The notes beneath the pieces were generated by a model, which was given only the letters and a program-made list of their open reading frames with translations, had not been told where the DNA came from and searched no databases. From the NCBI GenBank assembly GCA_031369265.1, contig JANMON010000117.1:5985-69984 (forward strand): DNA of 64,000 nucleotides, written 5' to 3'. The DNA is from Gemmatimonadaceae bacterium (GTDB taxonomy: Bacteria > Gemmatimonadota > Gemmatimonadetes > Gemmatimonadales > Gemmatimonadaceae). Below, one piece after another: positions 26,723-38,688 of this stretch (positions are counted from its first letter, which is position 1; each line of letters opens with the position of its first letter). Position numbers and translations under genes: made by a program.

Positions 26723-27829
26723 ATGTCGCAGGAATTCATGAATCGTGTGTTGAAAGGTGCGGCACTTCTGCTGGCGTTCGCGGTCGGCCTCGAAGTCGCT
26801 ACCCGCACTGACGAGTGGGTCCGCTGGAAGACACCGCTGCTGGCACGGGCCGGCGCCGTCGGGGATCTGATCATCGTGGACTCCACCGGCGGCCGTGGCG
26901 TGCCGGGTGAGCAGTACCGCCAGTTCGCGATCAACTCACTCGGCTTTCGTGGCCCCGAGCCGCGCGCCGGCAAGCCGCGCGTGCTGGTCGTCGGTGCATC
27001 GGAAACCTTCGGCTTGTACGAACCATCGGGGCACGAATACCCGCGACAGCTGCAGGACAGCCTGGCGGCGGCGGGGTGTGACGTGGATGTGATCAACACC
27101 GCCCTCCCCGGCTTCTCGCTGCCCACGCTCACGGCCACGTATCTCCATCGCCTGCGCGGGCTGAACGCCTCGCTGGTTGTCGTGTATCCAACGCCGGTGC
27201 AGTACCTCGACTACGAGACGCCGACATGGCAGCCACCCGCATCACCACGCGGCGGCACGGCACCCGGCTTCCGTCCCCGCGTGGCGCGCCGACTCCGCGA
27301 CCACATGAAAGTGGCGCTGCCGCAGTTCGTGCAAACGTACCTGCGCTCGAGGGAAATTTCCGCGTCGCGTGTGCGCATGACGCCGGGGTTCGTGTTCGAC
27401 ACGATCCCGACCGAACGTCTGGCAGCCTTCCGTCGCGACCTGCGCAGCCTGATCGACTCCGTGAAGGCGTCCGGCTCCGGCGTGCTCGTGGCCACGCACG
27501 CCAATGCCTTTCCACCCGGCGTGGCGCCCGATACGGCCCGCCTGATCTCGTGGACGAAGTTCTATCCACGCGCCTCGATGTCGGTGCTGCCGGCGTTCGA
27601 GCGGGCCGCCAATGCACTGATCCTGGCGGATGCCGCCGATGCCGGTGTTGCCAGCAGCGATCTCGCCACCGCCATGGCAGGACGCGATCCCGCCACGGCG
27701 TTCGCGGATTTTTCTCACTTCACCGAGGAAGGTTCGGCGGTGGTGGCGCAGGTCTTGGCGCGCGACATCACGCGCGCCTTCGGCTGTCCGGCGGCAACGC
27801 GCGCACCATCCGTGACGCCGACGCGCTGA
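26723..27829 (+). CDS. SGNH/GDSL-like hydrolase or acyl-relay protein (AlgJ/AlgX-type partner of MBOAT)
   Basis: N-terminal TM/signal anchor, VLVVGASETFG (block I Ser), ADFSHF (DxxH block V). Divergent from the MBOAT gene with a 62-nt gap. Confidence 0.65.
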   Translation: MSQEFMNRVLKGAALLLAFAVGLEVATRTDEWVRWKTPLLARAGAVGDLIIVDSTGGRGVPGEQYRQFAINSLGFRGPEPRAGKPRVLVVGASETFGLYEPSGHEYPRQLQDSLAAAGCDVDVINTALPGFSLPTLTATYLHRLRGLNASLVVVYPTPVQYLDYETPTWQPPASPRGGTAPGFRPRVARRLRDHMKVALPQFVQTYLRSREISASRVRMTPGFVFDTIPTERLAAFRRDLRSLIDSVKASGSGVLVATHANAFPPGVAPDTARLISWTKFYPRASMSVLPAFERAANALILADAADAGVASSDLATAMAGRDPATAFADFSHFTEEGSAVVAQVLARDITRAFGCPAATRAPSVTPTR

Positions 27830-27863
27830 ACGAACCGCGGCCGACGCGACGAGCCCCGGGTAC

Positions 27864-28544
27864 TCACGTCGCGGGCGCCGGCGGCAACGCCTTCCCGACT
27901 TCATTCGCCAGACGCGGTGCCACCGACGTGGCGAGGGAGTCGGCGCGCATGATCTCGCGACGGATCGCGGCCTGCGTGCGGTCCTTGTCGGTGTGTAGCG
28001 GGACCACCAGGCGCACCAAGGCCTCCTCGGTGCGACCGTACAACGCCGCGTCATGCATCAGGTTGTACTTCACCGTGTATTCGTTGCTCTCGATGCGTCC
28101 TCGGCCCTGATACCAGTAGTACACGGCGGCGTAACTGCCGTTGTTGGCAAGGATGTACTTGTTCATGTTGCGCGCCCCGAGTCCCGGTGCCGACGCGATC
28201 GGCAGCGTGCCGCTCTCGACCGGCTCCCAGCCCGCACCGGGCAGGCAGTTGCGGGGTGAATGGATTGCCTTGCCCTGCGTCTGGTAGGTGTAGTAGCCGA
28301 CGTAAAGGCTGAACACCTGCGACGTATCGCGCGAGTAGACACGATTCACGTACTCGTCCATCCCGGCCACGCGCGCCGAGTTCGAGTCCACCGTGATCTG
28401 CTCGTGCGTGTAGCCGGCGACAGTGTCGAGAATGCCGGAAATCGGCGTCACCGGACGCGGGCGCTCCTGCTCGTGCGTGAGCCCGAGCAGACCGAGACCG
28501 GCGCCAAGGATGACGGCGGGAATGAATGCGGAAACGTTGGCCAT
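27864..28544 (-). CDS. exosortase-associated EpsI-family protein
   Basis: Single N-terminal TM; DEYVNRVY, FSLYVGYYTYQTQGKAIHSPRNCLPGAGWE, YYWYQGRGR. Lies 12 nt downstream of the exosortase gene, with GAGG overlapping its stop. Confidence 0.85.
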   Translation of the reverse strand: MANVSAFIPAVILGAGLGLLGLTHEQERPRPVTPISGILDTVAGYTHEQITVDSNSARVAGMDEYVNRVYSRDTSQVFSLYVGYYTYQTQGKAIHSPRNCLPGAGWEPVESGTLPIASAPGLGARNMNKYILANNGSYAAVYYWYQGRGRIESNEYTVKYNLMHDAALYGRTEEALVRLVVPLHTDKDRTQAAIRREIMRADSLATSVAPRLANEVGKALPPAPAT

Positions 28545-28556
28545 GTGTGTTTCGCC

Positions 28557-29456
28557 TCAGGCGGCGGCAGGGGCGACGGCACCGGAGATCACGCGACCGC
28601 GCGCCGCCATCTTGCCCTCGATGAACAGCAGCAGCGACGCCACGGCGCCGAGCGACGCGAATGCAATCACGAACATCAGCCAGCCTTCGGTGGTGTGCAT
28701 GAAGCCCGTGCCCGCCTCGGGACTGACGAAGAACACCAGAAAGGCCGTCAGGAAGATGCGGAAGCCGTTGATCAGGATCGCCATCGGCACCGCCAGCACC
28801 AGCAGCGTCACCCGTGACCAGGGCTTCGCGAGGAGCATGGCGCCCAGCAGCACGCCCAGGTTCACCAGCGCCGTCAGCGACCGGAGCCCACTGCACGCTT
28901 CCGCCACGAACAGGTCATGCCCGGGGATGCGGATCACGTTGCCGTTGAGCAGCACCGGGATGTGGCGCCATTCGATGAGCGACGCACCGATGCGGGACGC
29001 CACCAGCTGCAGCGGGGCGGTGAGCTTCGCGATCACCAGTTCCGGCAGCGGGATCGCCAGGCCAAGCAGGACGAACGGCAGCCAGAAGGCCAACAGCTGA
29101 CGCAGGCCGAAGAACCAGAGAATCAGGCCGGCTGCGCCCATCAGCATCGACACGCGCATGGTGAAGAGCTCCGCCGCCAGGTCGGAGACGAAGCGGATGC
29201 CGATGGCTGCGAGCAGGAACGCGACGGCCAGGCCGATGGCCGGCTTGCGTGCTTCCTTGAGGCCCGTCTGGAAGGCGAAGTAGAACGCCAGCGGGGCGAG
29301 CAGCAGGCCGGTCCCGGAGTCCGGATTGTCGAAGTTCGTCCAGTCCCTGACCAGAAGGTACGCCGGTTTCGCGTAGAGCAGCGCGAACACGAGGATCGCT
29401 GCACCCAGCGGCAACCAGAGCGATCGATCGATCGCGGGGGAGCGCTCTTCCGTCAC
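28557..29456 (-). CDS. exosortase (EpsH/Xrt family transpeptidase); subtype not assignable by eye
   Basis: ORF 28557..29771. GTG at 29456 (VTEERSPAIDRS), preceded by GAGG at 8 nt, gives about 299 aa. Conserved AEACSGLRSL (catalytic Cys), NGFRIFLTAFL (Arg), multiple TM helices. Confidence 0.85.
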   Translation of the reverse strand: MTEERSPAIDRSLWLPLGAAILVFALLYAKPAYLLVRDWTNFDNPDSGTGLLLAPLAFYFAFQTGLKEARKPAIGLAVAFLLAAIGIRFVSDLAAELFTMRVSMLMGAAGLILWFFGLRQLLAFWLPFVLLGLAIPLPELVIAKLTAPLQLVASRIGASLIEWRHIPVLLNGNVIRIPGHDLFVAEACSGLRSLTALVNLGVLLGAMLLAKPWSRVTLLVLAVPMAILINGFRIFLTAFLVFFVSPEAGTGFMHTTEGWLMFVIAFASLGAVASLLLFIEGKMAARGRVISGAVAPAAA

Positions 29457-29520
29457 TGTATACGCCTCACTGAGATGGACTCCGCGGTGCCTGAAATGCT
29501 GTCGGCGCCGGTTCGAGATG

Positions 29521-29537
29521 ATCGCTGAAAATCGCTG
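29521..29537. repeat. 10-bp-phased direct repeat ATCGCTG-aaa-ATCGCTG upstream of the exosortase gene
   Basis: Read directly at 29521-29527 and 29531-29537, 65-80 nt upstream of the proposed exosortase start. Confidence 0.25.
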
Positions 29538-29701
29538 GATGTCGTCCTGCCGCACACCCCTACCCCAGAGCGGCGTGGGATATCCGCAGCACTGGGCAGT
29601 CGCTGATGACGACAGGCTGCAAAGCCGTGCAACATGCAGACCGACGCGGGTCGCCAGGTGCCGGTAGCCGCGCGACCGTCGGTGACTCGTAGATTCCCGG
29701 C

Positions 29702-30292
29702 ATGAACATGCTTCTCTCCCTGCTGGCCACCGTGGCCGCATACACCCGCCCGGCGCTCTTCCTCGCCACATGCGTCGCCGCCGTGCTCTGCGGCATCAGC
29801 TGGGCGACGCGTACGCGCCGCATCAGTCCGTTCACCCCGCTGGGCCGGTTCGCCCGGGAGAAGGTCGACCCGCGATTGCGGGGCATCGAGGCGATGGTCC
29901 TGAACGCCGGCGGTTCACCAACCACGGTGCCGTGGTGGGGTCTGGCGGCATTCGTGGTCCTGGGCATCCTGGCGCAGTCGCTGCTGGAATACCTGATCGG
30001 CATCATCGCCTCGGTGGCGCTTGGCGTATCGTCCGGGCCACGGGGTGCGCTGAGGGCGCTTGTGCAGCTCACCTTTGCGGTGCTGCAGATCGCCTTGATG
30101 GTGCGCGTATTGTCGAGCTGGTTCGGCGGCCTGGCGCGGGCGCGCTGGCTGCGCTGGACCTTCACGATCACGGAACCGCTGCTGGCACCTCTACGCGCCG
30201 TACTGCCGTCGCTCGGGCCATTCGACATCTCACCGCTGGTGCTGTATTACCTGCTCCAGTTCGTCGGTGGATTCATCGTGCGGTCGATCTGA
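29702..30292 (+). CDS. yggT: YggT-family membrane protein (two YGGT repeats)
   Basis: VRVLSSWFGG, ITEPLLAPLRAVLPSLGPFDISPLVLYYLLQFV, plus a similar N-terminal repeat. Confidence 0.75.
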   Translation: MNMLLSLLATVAAYTRPALFLATCVAAVLCGISWATRTRRISPFTPLGRFAREKVDPRLRGIEAMVLNAGGSPTTVPWWGLAAFVVLGILAQSLLEYLIGIIASVALGVSSGPRGALRALVQLTFAVLQIALMVRVLSSWFGGLARARWLRWTFTITEPLLAPLRAVLPSLGPFDISPLVLYYLLQFVGGFIVRSI

Positions 30293-30327
30293 GGGTCTCG
30301 AGCCGCTGACCTGAGCAGCGCCCAGCG

Positions 30328-30357
30328 CGGTCCGGCACGGTCCGGCACGGTCCGGCT
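30328..30357. repeat. three tandem copies of a 10-bp unit (CGGTCCGGCA)
   Basis: cggtccggca cggtccggca cggtccggct, read directly, 36 nt downstream of the yggT stop. Confidence 0.5.
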
Positions 30358-30406
30358 GAGTAAGGATGATGCAGCTGCGATCGCGCGACGGGGCGGCGGG
30401 GAGAAA

Positions 30407-30447
30407 CGAAAAAGCGGGGTGGCTGTCCGAAGACAGCCACCCCGCTT
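30407..30447 (-). terminator. rho-independent terminator of the PEP-CTERM protein gene
   Basis: Reverse strand: GCGGGGTGGCTGTC-ttcg-GACAGCCACCCCGC followed by TTTTTCG, 24 nt after the stop at 30469. Confidence 0.75.
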
Positions 30448-30468
30448 TCAGTCGTGCGAGACGATCGC

Positions 30469-31299
30469 TTACGCCTTGCGACGCTTTGCGACGCCGGCCA
30501 AGGCCAGGAGGCCAAAGCCCATCAGACCAACCGTCGCCGGCTCCGGGACGGCCGTGATGGAGACCAGGATGTCGTTGTAGTCGCGATCCGACACGCGGCC
30601 AGCACCAGCGGCGCCGAACCCACGGCCACCGTTGACGTTGTCTTCCATGCCGACGTAGTACGTGCCGCTGCCGACATTGATGATCGTGCCGAACACGCCA
30701 GCGGAGGTGCTAGCAGCCGTCGCCGAGAAGACGGCAAACTGCTGGTTCGCGTTCGGCGTGAAGACGCCGGCAGCGAACGTGGACTGACCCGACGTGAAGA
30801 TCGTGCCAGCGCCGGCGACCGGCAGAGCCTGGCTGATCCAGACGGCGAACGTGCCGGTGACCTGCTGGCCGCCGAGGAGCTGCGCGGCGTTGTAGGCCGT
30901 GCCGTTGGCGAGGACGACGCCCCAATTGGTCGACGTGGTGCCGGCGATCCGGCCGAGCAGGTTGACCGAGCAGGCCGAGGTGCAGTTGAAGCCGAAGCCA
31001 CCCGGGTTGGAGCCACCGGTGCCGCCGAGGAAGAAGTCCGACGTGGTCAGGCGGGTCGGGGTCAGCGGCAGGTACACTGGGGCCTGGTTCGAGCACGACG
31101 CGGCGTTCAGGGCCGGCGTGTTCGTCAGGACGGCGCCGACGTTGCAGACGGCGTTCCCGACGTTGTCGTCGGAGGCGTTGTTCCAGTAGGCGCCCGTGTT
31201 GGTGTTATTCGGGGTGCCAATGGCCTGCCACGTCTGTGCGCTGAGCGGTGCTGCCACCGCTACGGCCGCCAGAGCGACTACGAAAGAAGTACGACGCAT
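30469..31299 (-). CDS. secreted PEP-CTERM sorting-domain protein (exosortase substrate)
   Basis: Signal peptide MRRTSFVVALAAVAVAAPLSAQ. C-terminus VPEPATVGLMGFGLLALAGVAKRRKA (PEP motif + TM + basic tail), preceded by YYVGMEDN..SDRDYNDILVSI. GAGGA lies 8 nt upstream of the ATG. Confidence 0.95.
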   Translation of the reverse strand: MRRTSFVVALAAVAVAAPLSAQTWQAIGTPNNTNTGAYWNNASDDNVGNAVCNVGAVLTNTPALNAASCSNQAPVYLPLTPTRLTTSDFFLGGTGGSNPGGFGFNCTSACSVNLLGRIAGTTSTNWGVVLANGTAYNAAQLLGGQQVTGTFAVWISQALPVAGAGTIFTSGQSTFAAGVFTPNANQQFAVFSATAASTSAGVFGTIINVGSGTYYVGMEDNVNGGRGFGAAGAGRVSDRDYNDILVSITAVPEPATVGLMGFGLLALAGVAKRRKA

Positions 31300-31354
31300 G
31301 CGGGTAATCCTCGATGATGAAGCGTGCTGTGTTAACGCGGACGACGACTACATG

Positions 31355-31370
31355 TGCAGGGGCCGTGCCG
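31355..31370 (-). promoter_or_regulatory. candidate sigma-54 -24/-12 promoter CGGCACG-gccc-CTGCA upstream of the PEP-CTERM gene
   Basis: Reverse complement of tgcaggggccgtgccg. 10/12 to consensus, canonical spacing. The predicted start site would leave a leader of about 45 nt before ATG 31299. Confidence 0.4.
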
Positions 31371-31561
31371 CGCTCGGACCAGTGCCGCATCCTCCCCACA
31401 CATCGGGGAACTCCCTACCCTGCAACGACTTGAGAGAACCCGATCAAAATCCAGTCGAGCTCGCTTTCGCGCGGTGTGTGTGTAATGGAGCGACAATCGT
31501 GGTACGGGTGCCACAGTTTGCCAGAGTCCGGCAATACCGGCCGGTCCGCTGCGCGCACCCC

Positions 31562-35358
<3,797 letters not shown>

Positions 35359-35362
<4 letters not shown>

Positions 35363-36264
35363 GCGGAGGCCTGAGCGGGTTCGCGTGCGGCGCGAAGCCC
35401 GAGGATGTGACAGATGGCGTAGGCGAGGTCGGCGCGATTGAGCGTGTAGAAATGGAAATCTTCCACGCCCTCGTCCGCGAGCTTGGTGCACTGTTCGGCC
35501 GCCAGCGTGGCGGCCACCAGCTTGCGCGTGTCGGCGTCGTCCTCGAGCCCATCGAAGTGGCGCGCCATCGAGTCCGGCACCGTGGTGCCGCACATGGTGG
35601 CGAAGCGGCGCGTCTGTGCGAAGTTCGTGACCGGCATGATGCCCGGCACGATCGGCACCGTGATGCCAGCCGCGCGCGCGCGCTCCACGTAGCGCAGGAA
35701 GATCGCGTTGTCGAAGAAGAACTGAGTGATGGCGCGAGTGGCCCCCGCATCCACCTTCCGCTTCAGGTTGTCGATCTCGGCCTGCATCGATCCGGCCGTG
35801 GGATGTGTCTCGGGATAGGCACTGACACTGAGCTCGAAGTCGAACTCGCGACGCAGGCCCGACACCAGGTCCGACGCGTAGGGGAAGCCACCCGGGTGTG
35901 GCTCGTACGCCGTGCCGACGCCGGCCGCCGGATCACCGCGCAGGGCCACGAGGTGCCGCACGCCGGTATTCCAGTAATCGCGCGCCACCTCGAGTATTTC
36001 CTCGCGGGTGGCGGACACGCAGGTGAGGTGCGCCGCGGGACGCAACGTGGTCTCGGTGAGCAGGCGACGCACCGTGGCGTGTGTGCGCTCACGAGTGGAG
36101 CCACCGGCGCCGTAGGTCACCGACACGAAGTTCGGCGACAGCGGCGCGAGGCGTTCGACGGCGCGCCAGAGCTGCGCCTCCATCTCCTCGGTCTTCGGCG
36201 GGAAGAACTCGAAGGAGACGCCGAAGCTCCGTGCGCCGGGCCGGTTCAGGATCGAGGGACTCAT
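35359..36264 (-). CDS. metF: 5,10-methylenetetrahydrofolate reductase
   Basis: [39 protein letters not shown] overlaps with both neighbouring genes. Confidence 0.95.
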
Positions 36265-37250
36265 GCGGTTGCCGACGGAAGTGGAAGGGAACAGTCCCAG
36301 ATGACGACGGTCAGCGGTGCACCCTTGAGGCGCACTGCCTCGCGCGCCTGCAGGCCAGCCGCAGCGCCCCAGTGCACGATGTCGTCGGTGGCGAAGCCGA
36401 GGCGGCGATGCGCGTGCTGGTCGCGCAACGACTCCTCGCGATGGGGCGCGAAGTCCACCAGCAGCAGGCGCCCTCCCGGGCGCAGCACGCGCGCGACCTC
36501 ACGCAGCACGGCGACCGGGTCGTCCGCGAAGTGGAGGACCTGGTGCAGCACCACCAGGTCCATGCTGCGGGCGGGCAGCGCGAGATGGTACATGTCGCCG
36601 TGCCGCAACTGGACATGCCGGAAATCGGCCGGGGCCAGCGCCGCGCGGGCGAAGGCGAGCATCTCGTGCGATCGATCGATGCCGACCGCACGTGAAGCGC
36701 GCGGTGCCAGCAGGCTCAGGATGCGACCGGTGCCGGTACCGATGTCGAGCAAGTCACCGACCGGTCGTTCGCCGAGCAGCGTCTGCAGTGCCTGCTCGAC
36801 TTCCTCCTCGGGGACATGCAGCGAACGGATGTCGTTCCACTCGTGCGCATGCCGCTCGAAGTACTCGTCCGCCGCCTCCTGCCGAGCCCGTTGGACCGCG
36901 GCCAGTCGCTCCATGTCGGCCGCAATCACGGCGTCGTGGTCACCGAGCAGCTGCACGAAGGTGCGGGCGACGTGCGCGTCAGCAAGGCGATAGAAGACCC
37001 AGCTGCCCTCGGGAACCCGGTCGAGCAATCCCGCGTCACAGAGCAGGCGCAGGTGGCGGGAGACACGCGGCTGGCTCTGGCCGAGGACCTGGGTGATTTC
37101 GGTGACGGTCAGCTCGCACTGCGCCAGGATCCCCAACAGCCGCAACCGCGTGGGTTCGGCGGCGGCGCGCAGGGCGTCGAGGAGGGTGCGGTAGCTGGCG
37201 ACCGACCCATCGATGTCCGGGGCGGTCTCTCGGAGCGGTGTGGCGGCCAT
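36261..37250 (-). CDS. ArsR-family wHTH regulator fused to a class I SAM-methyltransferase-like domain (SahR-like)
   Basis: LRLLGILAQCELTVTEITQVLGQSQPRVSRHLRLLCDAGLL (ArsR HTH), LLDIGTGTGRIL and LRPGGRLLLVDF (MTase fold). First gene of the metF-metH operon. Confidence 0.85.
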   Translation of the reverse strand: MAATPLRETAPDIDGSVASYRTLLDALRAAAEPTRLRLLGILAQCELTVTEITQVLGQSQPRVSRHLRLLCDAGLLDRVPEGSWVFYRLADAHVARTFVQLLGDHDAVIAADMERLAAVQRARQEAADEYFERHAHEWNDIRSLHVPEEEVEQALQTLLGERPVGDLLDIGTGTGRILSLLAPRASRAVGIDRSHEMLAFARAALAPADFRHVQLRHGDMYHLALPARSMDLVVLHQVLHFADDPVAVLREVARVLRPGGRLLLVDFAPHREESLRDQHAHRRLGFATDDIVHWGAAAGLQAREAVRLKGAPLTVVIWDCSLPLPSATA

Positions 37251-37255
37251 GGTGG

Positions 37256-37280
37256 AAGCATATAAAGCTATGCTTATATG
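37256..37280. promoter_or_regulatory. AT-rich nested palindrome (AAGCATATAAAGCTATGCTTATATG): candidate operator and divergent promoter core
   Basis: AAGCATA/TATGCTT and CATATAA/TTATATG inverted repeats, read directly. It is the only strongly AT-rich patch in this region and starts 6 nt upstream of the regulator ATG, so a leaderless or short-leader mRNA is possible. Confidence 0.5.
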
Positions 37281-37409
37281 TCAACAGGGACCTGCAGCCG
37301 TCCACATCCGACCGACGCCGACGCCACCCAGGAGTCAGTTCCGTATATATGAGCCATCCGTCGGAAGCCCATCCGGGCCGCCGGCCTGACGTCTTCGCCC
37401 TTCCCGCCC

Positions 37410-38579
37410 ATGTCCAGCCTCAGCACCTCCGATGCCCGCCCGCCGCTCACGCAGCTGTCGGATGACGAAACGATGTTCCGCGACGCCGTCGCCGCCTTTG
37501 CCGCCGAGGACGTCGCACCGCGGGTCCGCGCCATGGAGGCCGCCGGGAAGATCGATGCGGCCATCATCGCCAAGTATTTCGAGATGGGCTTGATGGGCAT
37601 CGAGCTCCCGGAATCGGCCGGCGGCAGCGGCGGGTCGGCCATGATGATCGCGCTCGCGGTGGAGGAGATCAGCAAGGTCGATCCGGCCGCGGCGATCATG
37701 GTGGACGTGCAGAACACGCTCGTGAACTATCCGATTCACGCCTACGGCACTCCCGGCCAGCATGCGCGCTACCTGACGCGGCTGACCAGCGACACCATCG
37801 GCGCCTACGCGCTCTCGGAGCCGGAATCGGGGTCCGATGCGTTCGCGCTGCGTTGCAAGGCCGAGCGCACGGCCGGCGGCTGGAAGCTCACGGGACGCAA
37901 GCTGTGGATCACCAACGGCGCCGAGGCGGAGATCTTCGTGGTGTTCGCCAATACCGACTTCGAGAAGGGGTATCGCGGCATCACCGCCTTCATCGTCGAG
38001 AAGGCCTTCGCCGGTTTCGCGGTCGGCAAGAAGGAGGACAAGCTCGGCATCCGGGCCTCCAGCACCTGTGAGCTGATCCTCGACGGCGTGGAGGTGCCGG
38101 ATGCCAACGTGCTCGGTCCGGTGGGCCAGGGCTACAAGATCGCGATCGATACGCTGAATGGTGGGCGCATCGGCATCGGGGCGCAGATGATCGGCGTCGC
38201 GGCTGGCGCGCTGAACGCCGCCTGCGAGTACCTCAAGCAGCGATCGCAGTTCGGCAAGCCGCTGAGCGAGATGCAGGGCATCCAGTTCCAGGTGGCGCAG
38301 GCCGCCACGGAGCTCGAGGCCGCGCGGCTGCTGGTCTACAACGCGGCGCGCCTGAAGGATGCCGGTCACGACATCGTGCGCGAGGGTGCGATGGCCAAGC
38401 TCTTCTCGAGCCAGGTGGCCGAGCGCGTGACCAGTGTGTCGCTCGAACTGTTTGGCGGCTACGGCTACGTGAAGGACTATCCGGTGGAGAAGTTCTACCG
38501 TGACGCCAAGATCGGCGCGATCTACGAGGGCACGTCGAACATGCAGCTGCAGACGATCGCGAAGAGCGTGCTCCGGTAG
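37410..38579 (+). CDS. acyl-CoA dehydrogenase (short/medium-chain type)
   Basis: GAYALSEPESGSDA, WITNG, QFGKPL, IYEGTSNMQLQTIAK (catalytic Glu region). Confidence 0.9.
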   Translation: MSSLSTSDARPPLTQLSDDETMFRDAVAAFAAEDVAPRVRAMEAAGKIDAAIIAKYFEMGLMGIELPESAGGSGGSAMMIALAVEEISKVDPAAAIMVDVQNTLVNYPIHAYGTPGQHARYLTRLTSDTIGAYALSEPESGSDAFALRCKAERTAGGWKLTGRKLWITNGAEAEIFVVFANTDFEKGYRGITAFIVEKAFAGFAVGKKEDKLGIRASSTCELILDGVEVPDANVLGPVGQGYKIAIDTLNGGRIGIGAQMIGVAAGALNAACEYLKQRSQFGKPLSEMQGIQFQVAQAATELEAARLLVYNAARLKDAGHDIVREGAMAKLFSSQVAERVTSVSLELFGGYGYVKDYPVEKFYRDAKIGAIYEGTSNMQLQTIAKSVLR

Positions 38580-38688
38580 GGACCCTCTGCACTTATGGGC
38601 GACTTGTGCAGAAATTCCGTCAGATGCCTGGCGCGTGACAGCCAGGCACCGTCGCGCGCCGTCTCCCTGAAACCCTGACCGATCCACC

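Noticed and set aside
29500-29520. GGTTCGAG resembling a tRNA T-loop in the exosortase/yggT intergenic region (similar GGTTCGCGAATC at 50442)
   Set aside because: The flanking sequence cannot form a T-stem, acceptor stem or anticodon arm. No cloverleaf is possible.
29457-29771. N-terminal 105-residue extension of the exosortase ORF (the 404-aa form), which would overlap the yggT start
   Set aside because: The extension is Arg/Cys/Ser-rich with no TM helix. An in-frame GTG at 29456 with a GAGG Shine-Dalgarno gives a typical exosortase of about 300 aa.
36264-37409. Cobalamin, SAM or SAH riboswitch controlling the metF-metH operon
   Set aside because: The operon begins with the regulator gene. 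The leader is only a few nucleotides long, and genes are joined by ATGA overlaps, leaving no room for a riboswitch.
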